Source: Protoeuglena noctilucae
Taxonomy: Eukaryota
Assembly: GCA_958009085.1 (NCBI GenBank)
Contig: OY253675.1
Span: 372,001 to 436,000 of the forward strand
Length of the DNA: 64,000 bases
Reading direction: 5' to 3'
The translations under genes and the position numbers were made by a program. Shown here piece after piece: positions 48,801 to 59,800 of this stretch. The notes under the pieces were generated by a model. The model did not search any database. It saw only the letters and a list, made by a program, of their open reading frames with translations, and was not told the DNA's origin. The first letter of the stretch is position 1, and every line of letters starts with the position of its first letter.

Positions 48801-51800
48801 TAAACGTAGCAGCGGGGAGATGCGGGCGGAGGACGGAAGGCGAAGCAGGTGATTGCAATGCATGAAATTCATGATATTCTGTTTTATTATTTTTAATATT
48901 TTATTCATATTATTGTATTTGTTAGTTATCAACTGGATAATAACCGAGCGCGCACATCCCCCGCCCCCGCAGCCTCCGCCGGCCTCCGTCTGGCCATCAC
49001 GCCCCCCTCCGGTCGCAAAGCGGACGTCTTCCACGTGTTGCCGGAGGCGATCGAGGCGGGCGGCATAAGGGAGGCGAGGTTCTGTGTGCAAGGGCTCACC
49101 AAGGCGGGCAAGTACGGACTGATCGCCGAATTCAAAGAGACGAGGGCGGACCTGGCCAGAAAGAAGGAGGCGACGATACGGTGAGATAAGCATAGGAATG
49201 GTAATTGTTAATTACCATTATGGTAGTATTTGTGGCTATGATTGTGATGACTTGCCGCTACTCTCACGCCGTCGCCCAGTGCTTTGCAGTTCACAACTCA
49301 ATGTACCAATTACATTCGCCCCATTCCCTTACAACCGCAGCTCCTCCGCCGCCGCCCTCCTCGTCTCCCCCGGCCCCGCGGACACCGTCGCCCTCCTCTC
49401 CGGCGCCACCCCCCACCGCGCATGCACCAACCGCGGCGGCGGCGGCGCCCGGGTCATCGCGGAGGCGCCGATCTTCGAGGCCCGCGACGCCCACGGCAAC
49501 GCACTGCCGGGTGGCGCAGCTGCGGGGCAGATGCGGGTGCGGGTGGGGTGGGCGCGGGGGCCGTCGCAGGCACCCCCGGGCGCATTGCTGCCCCGGATTA
49601 CCGTGAACAACGAGGAGCTGCCCGATCCGAACCGAAACGCCACGGATGGTCCCGTGGACTATCCGGAGATAGAGGCTGACGAGGTGGGGCGGTTCGTGCT
49701 CGGACCCGTGATGGTGGTGGAGGGGACCGGGCAGATGGGCGAACGTGCTGTGGACGGTGCCAGTCAGCCCTTTGGGATGGAGTTCGTGGTGGATTTTGAA
49801 TGGCGCCCCCCGGGGCAGGACTACTTCAAATCGGCGTATACGGTGGAGGTGGCGGTGTGTGATGACGAGCACCGGGCACGGGAGGTGCAGGTGAGGGGGT
49901 GGGGTGGGGTGATGGTTGGTATTGTGTTTGTGTTTGTATTGATGATTGTACAGGTGAGGGGTTACTGGGTGATGGTGGGTGAGCAGTGGGGTGGTCGTAT
50001 CGTTTAGTGGAGTGGTGACGGTACTTGCGAAGGGTGGGTACTTGCGCAGTGGCCTATACCATAGTCGACCATTATCACACAAAACAGCAAACCATTCTCA
50101 ATTTATCATCCTCACACTTACCCCCACACTCTCACCCCACCCAGCGCACGGACCGTGAGCTGGCGTCCCTCACGACCAAGCGCGACCGGCTGCTTCAAGA
50201 GGCCAAGGAAATGGAGGAGAAGCACGAGACGGCAAAGAGGGCGCTGGAGAGATTCAATCGGGAGATCGCCCGGCTGGCGAGGGACGTGGAGGCGGGGGCG
50301 CCGGCGACGGCGGAGGAGTGCGCGGAGATGGCGGGGAGGATCAAGGTGAGTGATTGGTGATGGGATGAGATGAGATGGTGGGAGATGGTGTAGGGGTGGC
50401 CAGGAGGGTCAAGGTGAGGGGGTAAGATGGCGGGAGGAGATGTGGAGATGGGATGATGCGGGTTGCTGGTTTGTGGCATAGGGTCTATTATGGGGTACCC
50501 CACATCCCCACCCTCATACGCAGGCGGAGCTGGCGAGCTCCCGCCGCCCGTACCGCCCCCCCCGCATCGAGGGCTCGCGCTGGGCGCCCGTGCGTCGCAC
50601 GATCGAATCTCTCGAGGCCCACCCCCCAATCGACGGCGTGATGGGCTTCATGGTTCGCCTTTTCGCCATTGATGATCCCCAGTTGGCTCGGGTACTGTCG
50701 GCACATATCGGACCCACCAAGCTGGCTACGCTGGTGGTTAACGATTTCGATGCGAGGCGAAGGGCGGATGCGGTGTTGAGGGGCCCCAAGGGGACGTATA
50801 TGCCAGACCGGTTCGTCATTCAGGGCGCGTTGCGGGGGAAGGAAGCTCCGGGGGAGCTGCAGGAAAGGTGAATGGGGGGGGGAATGCGAACAGTCACGTT
50901 GTTGTTAGTTTACTTTTAGGAGCTTTGTCATTGCAGGACAGGTGAGGTGCTGCCCTCACCGCCACCCTCACTGCCACCCTTGCTACCACCCACACCCCCA
51001 CCCCCACAGCGCCCCCCCCCACGTGCGCCAATTGCACGAGGACGCCTCCCTAGGCACCGACCCCATTCTGGCATACGAGTTGCCCCACCAGCTCGCGATG
51101 CGCAACGCCGGTCTGACGGAGGACGCGGCTCGCCAGAAATGCGAGCAGGCCAACGCCGCTTTCATCGACCCAGACGCGTGGCCGGAGGGGCTGCTCGGAT
51201 ATGTTGCGAATCTGATCCGGCCCCTGCGTCGCGAGCTGCGCGCAAAGGTGCTGTGGCCCATCTTCGGAAAGTGCATGCTGTTTGACCGACTGGAGAACGC
51301 CGAGAAGTACCGGTGAGGATTTGATGGTTTTTGTTATGTTTGGTTATAATTATTATAGTATTTATTACAATAATACTGTATTAGTCATGTTGTTTGACCG
51401 ACTGGAGAACGCCGAGAAGTACCTGTGAGGATGAATAATTATCAACAAGTATTGACTACAATTACTAGTTTTTAATTATTCAATGGAAATTGAAAGTCCA
51501 TAAATATTATATAATTATCCTTTCTCCCCACCCCCCCAGCGGCCTGTGCGTCGCGCTGGGCGTGGGTACTGGCGAGTTGCTCTGCATGACGGGCGACCAC
51601 ATGACGGCGTCCGGCATCATCCGCGGCTCGTCGGGTGGCGTGGACGTGAGCAGGGACCCGGATGTGATGCTCGGATCGACGGCTGCGGGGGAGGGGGCAG
51701 AGGACATGAGGAAGGGGAGGTGAGGGGCGTAATGGGGTTTAGAATTTACAATTGTTATAGTTACTACTGTAGCAGTGTATAACAATAGATGAGGAGGGGG

Positions 51801-52598
51801 AGGTGAGGGGTCGGATGTGGTGGTGTAAGTACTGTAAACACAGTACTTACAATTGTTACGATTGCGATCATAACAATCGTACTATACGATATTAATTATT
51901 TATATATTTTACAATTAGCAATATCTTTGTCGAATATGCTTCCATTCCCGTCACGCAGGGCGCTGGAGGCGCTGGAGAGTCTGCAGGAGGCCTTGGAGGA
52001 AATGGACCGGGCGAGGATGTATGTAATTATTATATTATAATAACATTATTATAATAATAGATACATTTGTTAATATCATTTGATCTGAATTTGGATTGGT
52101 GCGTGCGAGCACCTCGGCGCGAATGCCCTGACTATACTTAGCAGTATACTTGATACTAGTATCACAGTGGCATATGTGATTATCAATTATCATAGATAAT
52201 GTTATCACGTTATCCACTATCCATATTCCCCACAGCTCAAGAAGGAGGAGGAGGAGGCGCGCGAGGCCGTGGAGGGCCGCATGGATGAGACCATGGCTGA
52301 GGTGAATGAATTGGAGACGAGAATCGAATCGTTGAAAGCAAAACTGGGGGTGTTGCAGGGGAGGGCGCCGGCGGGGGCGGAGGGGGCGGGGGAGGGGGGT
52401 GCGATGGTGAATGGGGTGGGCGGGGCAGGTGATAGGGCGGGGGGCGGTGGGGTGGGGATGGGGGTGGGCGGGCCTTTGCCGATGGCTAAGGCGAAGAAGA
52501 GGAAGGGTGGAAGTAAGGGGGATAAGGGGGATAGGGATAGGCGGGGTGATGGGGAGAGGGAGAGGGGGGAGGGGAGCAAGCGATCGAGGCGGGCGTGA
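39890..52598 (+). CDS. SMCHD1: SMCHD1/GMI1-like protein: UBL-like N-terminus, GHKL ATPase plus transducer, long beta-rich (Ig-like) linker, coiled coil-SMC hinge-coiled coil, basic tail; >25 exons; start exon tentative
   Basis: PHPNTVIMAGDLEYFESNGAHPLAYALAELIDNA, VEDNGCGM..LNQWA, SSDLSFFGVGSKNAVFYLG, HLAHLYHYYLHG, EGVLWYFPYDHDRETLP, IFELFWQGRLIP, RIRGALF..FGVTRNKLTF follow vertebrate SMCHD1 motifs in order. The hinge region is GVMGFMVRLFAIDDPQLARVLSAHIG, GLLGYVANLI, IFGKCMLFDRLENAEKYR, LLCMTGDHMTASG. Confidence 0.9.
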
Positions 52599-53062
52599 GA
52601 GGGTGGGGTAGGGGTGGTGAAGGTTGGGGTGGGGAGGGGAGGTTGAGTGATGAGAGGTTAAGAGATGGCAGGTGGAGCGATGGGGGGTGGCCGGGAGAGT
52701 GGGGATGAGCATGCGGGCAGTGAGGGCCCACATGTGCGGTGTTGGGCAACAGAGGGGTGACAAAGACGGCATGAGGGGAATGATGTCAGCAGAAAATGGC
52801 AGCTGAGGCGGCGAGCATGGCGCACGGGTGGTGCGGCTGTGGCTGTGCATTGTGCGTGTGCATGGTGCATTTGCAATATGCGAGTGCCTGCGCTTGCACA
52901 CCGCGCGTTTGTGTTGTAAGACCCAAGCATGGGATGGGCGGCAGCAGCCAATTGAACGGCAATTGTCAACTAGTCGTTAAGCATTTCACACAATCGAGCA
53001 TTCGAGCATTCAATTGTCGATAGTGTCGACGCCCCTCACAGCTCAGCTCAGCACGCGCCCCA

Positions 53063-55450
53063 TCAACTGGCCCACCCTGCCCCCTGCCCACCCTCCCCAC
53101 CACCCCTTTTATCAAACAGCCCCATCGCTGCTTGGCACACAGCAGGCGGGTACTGCTTCCCGCCCATCCACTTCAGCACCACCTGCCCCGTCCACATGCC
53201 CTCCTTCTTAGCCAAAACGTTTCTACCCAAGACACGAGCAATGCGCCCCGCCAGCTCTCGAACACACAGGGGTGCTTCATGTGATAAGTCACCACTACCG
53301 CTGCCACCACCAATGCCGCCCGTAGATGCCCACGCGTCGACACCCACAACCGCGCTTGCATTATCCACTGCGGCCCATGTCATTTCCCCCAGAGCCTCTG
53401 CCAGCTCTGACATGAAGGCGCGGAGGTCGGACGTGCCATACACTGCGGCAAGCGAAAAGCGATGAGCAATGGGTTGCCTGACATCAGAGGTGCTCACCCA
53501 TGCACACCCCAACACGTCAATCACGCGCCCTTCTATCCATACACTACCTCTATCCATACACTCACCCTTAGTAAGTGCCTCCTCCATGTCTCCTGCAGAC
53601 ACCCCATGTTCCTGCGTCAGCACCCTCCGCACCAGCTCCGGCGATCGCAAGGACAGCCCGCCCTGCCGCAGCAGCTCCATCTCCGCGAATGCCGCGTCAC
53701 TCAGCACGCCCTCTGCCGTCAGCGCGTCCAGCGTCGCCTGTGGCGGCGGGGATGGAAGGGCAGTATTGGTTGGGAGGGCAGACTATGATGGGCCTGAACG
53801 ATGTTGCAGTTGCAAGTGCGACGCATGAATCTGCTAATCGGAATCACCTATCAATCATACCGGCACAGCACTGTCTGTCCACTACACCTCCACCACCATC
53901 ACCCCACCTGCACCGTCTCGTCCGCAAACGCCCTCAGCCGCCACGCCATCCTTTTCCGGGACGTCAGCCCGTGCAACTCCAGGCTCCGCAACGCCACTCT
54001 CCGGCAGTCCTCCACGCTCCCGCCCTCCCTCTTCCGCATCCCGCGATGCGCCAGCTCCCCCGCCGCCCAATGACCCAGCACCATCGATCCGGGGTCCGCC
54101 CTCACAGTCCTCTCCCATCCCCGCGCGTCGTGGTCGTTCACGGTCCCCACCTCGCCGGAGGTCTTGAAATAGTCGCGCGTGGCGGGGTCGACGGGGGCGG
54201 ACTCCGCCCAATCGCGCACGGAAGGGCCGCGCAAGCGAGGCCACCTGTGTAGACCCCTCCCTGCGCCCGCTCGTCCGGCGCCCGCTCGCCAGCGGCCGGC
54301 CGTCGGCTGCGCGCTCTCCGAATCTCGATCGAAGGCACGTCCCGGCAGGTGGAAGGCCAGTGGGGAGGGCGTCCGCTCGTCACGATTGACTGCTGGGAGA
54401 GAGGTGCTTGGCATCGCGCTCGTGTCGCGGGAGAGCTCCGGAGCGGCGGAGGGAGATGCGGAATGAGACGAAGTAGCTGCTTCAGAGGTGCTCTGCGAGC
54501 TCCGGCGAAACGGCGAGCGCGGGCGGGCTGCTGCGGGTGGGCCTGCGTCCGCCCCTTCGCCTACGGCCGCGTCTCGCCCCGTGCGCCGGTCCTGCAGACG
54601 AACAGTTAGACATCTTGAGTACGAGTGCATCGGGACGGTTGTAGATACCATCTACATTGTTAAGAAACGCTCGCCTGTTCCCCCGTCCGCGCTGCTCTGT
54701 GCGGCACCCGCTGCCATTGAAGCGTGCTCTTAGACCGGCCGGCCGAAGCCTGTTGCGGCGAGGACCAATGTGAGAACGCCTCCTCGAACAACTCCGCGGT
54801 TCGATCGACGATGGGCGCCCGCAACTGCCTCCCTCGCCTGCCCAGCCCTGCACGCACCGAAAGCGCAACTTCTCGGCGACTCCGCAGCCGCGCAACCTGC
54901 GCTTATCAGAGCCAGTGCATTACTCACTTCGTTGGCTCCGGCCATCGTCTTCTTCCTCGCCGCTCGGCTCTTCGGGGCTCACGTCCGCGCCCCCTCCCGC
55001 CCTCACCCGGGCGCGATCTGGGCTCTGAGCGCAAAGCAGTGACACAGATACGTTAGTCAGAGTCTTTATATCGACAAGGACGACGGTGTCGTGCCGCCAT
55101 GGCTTAGCGCTCGCATAACTCACCGCATCGACGGGCCGTTCGTCGCTCCCGCCGCCCTCCTCCCAGGGAAGCCGCGCGGGCCTGGTGGGCGCGCTGCTCC
55201 AGTCAGGAAGGGGCTGTTCGGCTGCGTGCGTCTCTCCGCGCCTTTCCCAGGGCAGCGGCTCATCCCGGCCTGCCCGCGTGCGCACCGACCGAGGCCTGGA
55301 CGAACTCGCCAGGCCGCAGCGCGTCGCGAGGTGGGCGCGTAACAGCTGGCTGAGATAGGCCGCCGAAAACGAGGGGCTCGCGCCGCCAGCGCCCGTCTCT
55401 GCAGAGGCAGCGCTTCGGACTGCGCCCAGCGCCCTCCATGCGCCTCGCAT
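53063..55450 (-). CDS. recX: RecX-like regulatory protein with long N-terminal organelle-targeting/low-complexity extension; start uncertain (55450-55522)
   Basis: The spliced core VALRSLELHGLTSRKRMAWRLRAFADETVQ|ATLDALTAEGVLSDAAFAEMELL..SPELVRRVLTQEHGVSAGDMEEAL resembles RecX helical repeats (ALxxL..S..EL..KL; L...GxLDDxxFA; GP..I...L..KG+...I..AL). Confidence 0.55.
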
Positions 55451-55569
55451 CGCGCAAGTCGGGGGGCGAGGACCCCGACGACCCGGCATGCTGCTGCCGA
55501 ATCGGATCAGGTTCAATGCCATAGTGCGAGGGGCTTAAGAAGCAAGCCTCGCCAGCATAGGGTATACTA

Positions 55570-56307
55570 TTAAAGGTCCTTCGCGCAATCCTCGAGCTCC
55601 CGCATCAGGTCGCGGATGCAGGCGCTCGGAACGACGTCCAACAGAGCCTGCAAGCAGGCGCATGGGCGTTGAAATGCGGCGGAACGAGCGGTGGTGTGTC
55701 CGAGCATTCCTGTGCATCCGCCTGGCTCACCAGGGTCTTCTTCTTCCCCAGACTGACCGGAACCTTTTTCATGAAGTCCTCCACCTCCCGCTCGTCGACC
55801 CCGTCGCGGGACATCATCGGGCCCAGCTGATTTGCCAGCAGCTGCGCCATGGTGACGTTCCCGCCCACCTCCGCCTGCAGGACGCACCGATTTCCGCACT
55901 GTGTTGCCCGAGCATCCAAAACGACAGCGCAGAACATGCGGCTGACCTGCAAATCACCTTCATGTCGCGCAGATAGATCTTCCAGCCGTGCATGTCCGCG
56001 TAGCACACGTCCCCAATCCGCGCCGCGACCTTGTCGTACGGCCCCTTCTTGCTCATCGTCTGCGCTCGCGGCCCGACGCTTCTCTCAAATCGACATCGAG
56101 GGGCTGCGGGAACCACGCGAGCAAGTGCGGAGCCGGACTCACCGATCCAGACACGAGCTTAGCGACATCCAGGAACCCAGACGCCGCGTCCTGCCCCAGC
56201 CCCCGGCAAGATGCCTTGCTGCGATAAGTTGCCGGACCACAGAGCCGAGGGCGCACCCGTCCTGCCACCAGCGCCGGCGCAGGAGGCAATCGCACGGTGC
56301 TATGCAT
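55570..56307 (-). CDS. DUF3181 family protein (cyanobacterial/plastid type) with transit-peptide-like N-terminus; 4 exons
   Basis: IGDVCYADMHGWKIYLRDMK and VPVSLGKKKTL|ALLDVVPSACIRDLMRELED match the DUF3181 pattern IGxxxYxDxxxWHLYLxD...IPVxLGGG..LxDxxP....DL. Confidence 0.75.
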
Positions 56308-56837
56308 CGCTCCCCGCTCAGCCAGTCCTAGTCGGTGCACGCACGATGCCAAGCTCGTCCTCGTGAGAAGCGTTTGAGCTCACGATGCGGGTCCCGCCGG
56401 TCTGTCAATCTCGTTCGCCAGTTCCCGCAGTGACACCGTCACCACGGGCGGCGCAGTCGCGTGGAAGATGGCCGTCGCGATGGCTGCGCATCGTTAGCTA
56501 GTGATGTGGGCTGCCCGCGCAGGTGGCGGAGGTGTGGTGCCTGAGCCTGTGTTTTCAAAATTGCTTTGCAGATTAAATCGCGCCCTGTCCCTTGCCGTCC
56601 CTCCCTGCTAGGGCGTTCGTAGCTTGATGTCTTTGGCGTCTTTGCTCTGCTCTGGCTGACGCGATTCGCGCTGCGTTCGTGAGCTGGTGGCAGCCGTTGT
56701 TGCCTCTCGTGCGCCGTCCAGCCTTTGAGCCGGCGGGGGGCCTTCCGCCGCGACGTCTGGCCGACATGAGTCTCTGCTGGAGCGTGTCGTGCACGGGGAA
56801 AATCTCCGACCGCCGGTGAAGGACCCTTGGTTCGCCC

Positions 56838-59800
56838 ATGAGGCCGCAGCCTGAGCGACGCGTGTCGTTCAACCTCCGGGAGCGACAGCCGGGGCCGCAC
56901 TATGCGTCTCCGCATGGTGAGCCACTTCCACGCTGCATCCGTGGGCTGGATGGCTGGGTCTGTTGTTTGGCCAGGCCCCTGTCCTGCAATGACGCTCAAT
57001 TCGAGAGTCCCGGTCCCGCAGGCCGCGCTGGGGGCGAGCCGACCCCGCCGGGCGCCGCGGAGTACATGCCACTACGAGGCTCGCCGCTCCGGAGGTCGCC
57101 CGGCCGCCAACTGCGCGCGCGCTCCGCCTCGCCCATGCGCACGTCGCCTTCCGCTGCCCTCCGCGCCTCGCCGCGGGACCCCGATCGCTCGCCGTCTCCC
57201 CGAATGGAAGCAGCCCGACGTTTGACGTCCAGGATCGCCGCCGCGCACGACCTCCTGGCCCGGGTGCAGCAGCAACGTGCTTCGGGGCTCCGTGCTATCC
57301 AAGACATCCTCACCGGCGCCTCCCCGCCCACGCGGCCCGACCAAGGCGGCCCCGGCACCGACGTTCGCGCTTCCGTGGAGTCCGCGCCGCCTGCCGCGAT
57401 GCCACCGGCCGCTGCGATCCGGGCGCCAGTGACATCGACGGGCGATGCGTCCGGTGCAGTCGATGTCTCGTTTGCCGTCACCGATCGGTCCAGCCAGGAA
57501 GGCCCTCGACTGAGCCGACCGCCGTCGCCGCACGAACCCCAGCGGCGCGCCGGCCACGCCACGCAGGTGCGGGCTTGTCGCAGCACGGGGGTGCGACAGA
57601 TGCTACAGAGAGGGTTGCCATCGTGCCTTGAATGCTGCTGCCCTGTCCGTTGCTTTGGTCGAGCATAAATGGTTACTTTTCCCCACCCGCAGGGTCACCC
57701 GGGCCCCTCTGCTGTCGGCCCTGCGGTGTCCGAGGCGCGGGACATGGGCGAACTGGAGGCCGTCGCACGCATGCTGAGGGACGCAGGTGATACGTGCTTC
57801 GTGCTGCGTGCTATTTGTCATGCTGTTTCTCAGCCAACCGCCATCATTGCCCTGGCCACTCACTCACACCCCGCTCACACTCAGTACCCTCCTCTCACTC
57901 CCACCCTGCACCGTCCCCACCGCAGCCCGGACCGCCGTCGAGTCCCCACCCTCCAGCCCCGACTGGCCCATGTCTCGCGGGCGCGCCCTGTCACCCCCCA
58001 GCACCGAGATGCCAGTAAACGCCGCACCGCCGCTCGGCACGTCCGCGCTCCCAGCCTCCATCGACCATGCGGGGAGGTACGAGGCGACCCTGTCCCACGC
58101 AGCTGCGTACGGGATGGGCGAGATGGGCGAGATGGGCATGGCGTCACCACAGACGGGGTCCGATGCCACATCGGCCTCTCAGGCCCGGTCGTCGGGGTCA
58201 TCGGGGGGCCTCGCAGCAGACGCAGCGAGGTGGATGGGTGCGTATGGGCATGGTTCGGATTCGAGGATTGGGCAGGGGTCCTCGGGTGGGCTTGCGTCTG
58301 GCGGGGCGAGGTGGACGGGTGCACGCGATCGTGACGTGAGGCATGGGCAGGGTGGTGCGCACGGGCCTGGCGTGGATTTCGGGGCCGGGCAGGGATCGCG
58401 CGGCCGCGTTCCCGGCACTTCGATGGCCGTGGAGGCGACGGATGAGTCGGGTTCGGCGGGGAGTGGGTCCAGCATGCCCACCGGTCACTCGGACCTGCAG
58501 TCCGGTGAGACCTGATGTGATGTGATGTGCTTTGCTGTGCTGTGCTATGCTGCTGTGTGCTGGTTTTCTGTGTATTGTGATTTGCTGTGTGCCAGCCCTC
58601 TGCGTGGAGTGCTCTGTGCCAGCCCATTCACGCCCTGGGTGTAACATGCGTAGCGCAACAGCGATTGTTTGCAGCCACTTCTACTCACCATCCCTCGACT
58701 TGGTTTGGCTCCCGCAGATTGGTACAGGGAGCGGGCGGGAACGGAGGAGGCACGGGGCAGGGACCGGCAGGACGCCTCGCAGCGTGCCAGCCCCCTCAGA
58801 GCCCACAGGCCCGACACCCCCCCAACACCGCAGTCACGCGCACCAGCCACCTTCCCGTCGCCGCCAACCGCGGCGCGGCCTTCTCTGGACGCCGCTGCCA
58901 TCGCCAGGGACGCCGTGCGACGCGCCATGGGCTCAGGCCAGGGCCCATCCGCACTCACCGCCACCACCGCGCCCGCACCTGCCCGGCCGTCCCACTCGCA
59001 CTCCAGTGACTGGGAGCCGCCTGCGTTGGCGGTCCGCGTTACGCAGACACCCTCCGCCTGGGCCAGCACCCAGGGACCCGTGGCTCCCTCAGTGGGCCCC
59101 TCAGACCCCACCCCGCGATCGACGTCGGCACCCCGCACCGGCACCCGCCCCGCCCCGCTGCCCCCCCGCCCGCGCGCAGAGCACCGCGGCGCTGCGGGGC
59201 CACGCGGCGCGCGCGCGTTGGGCGCCTTCACGGCGTATCTGGCATGCGCTGACCTCAACACAGGGTCACAGCCACAGCCCCAGTCACAGTCACATGCAGG
59301 CCGCCCCCCGTCTCCCTCCTTCTCAGCGGGTTCGTCCGTCCCCTCCGCTCCGGGCCGGGATGGTAACAACGAACGTCGCTCAGCTCCCTCGACGCTGCCG
59401 CGGGGTCTCTACGTCCCCGACTTGCGCCCGGCCGTGCCCACGCCCCCTGCCACAACGTCGCATGGCGCGGCTGGCCCCGGCCCCGCGTCCCCCGCTCCCA
59501 ATAACGCGGTTTTCGATCCCATTGATGCCTTAGCGGTGCGATCGGGGCGTGCCGGCCCGCAGGGGCCGAGCCATGCTGGGCAGGCGACACCAAGCGTGGT
59601 TGCGATAGACGATCACCCGGGCGAGCTGAGTTTCCGTGGGAGGCAGTTATTGGAAGAAGGAGTGATGGAAACCGACATGGCGTCGTTTGAGGCCGTGCAC
59701 GCCATCCTGGGCACCATGCAGCTCCCGGGGTCGCTGGCGATGCGTGGCGATGGGGTGGGGGTTGGGACGGAGGTGTCTGGACTGACGGTGGGGGTGCGAG

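Noticed and set aside
47400..52210. AT-rich islands as foreign DNA, NUMT/NUPT or hydrophobic membrane ORFs
   Set aside because: They lie wholly inside introns of the SMCHD1-like gene and are simple ATT/TAT low-complexity sequence.
52598..53063. Functional DNA-repair cluster of SMCHD1-like and RecX-like genes
   Set aside because: Convergent neighbours that probably act in different compartments; adjacency is unremarkable in a compact genome.
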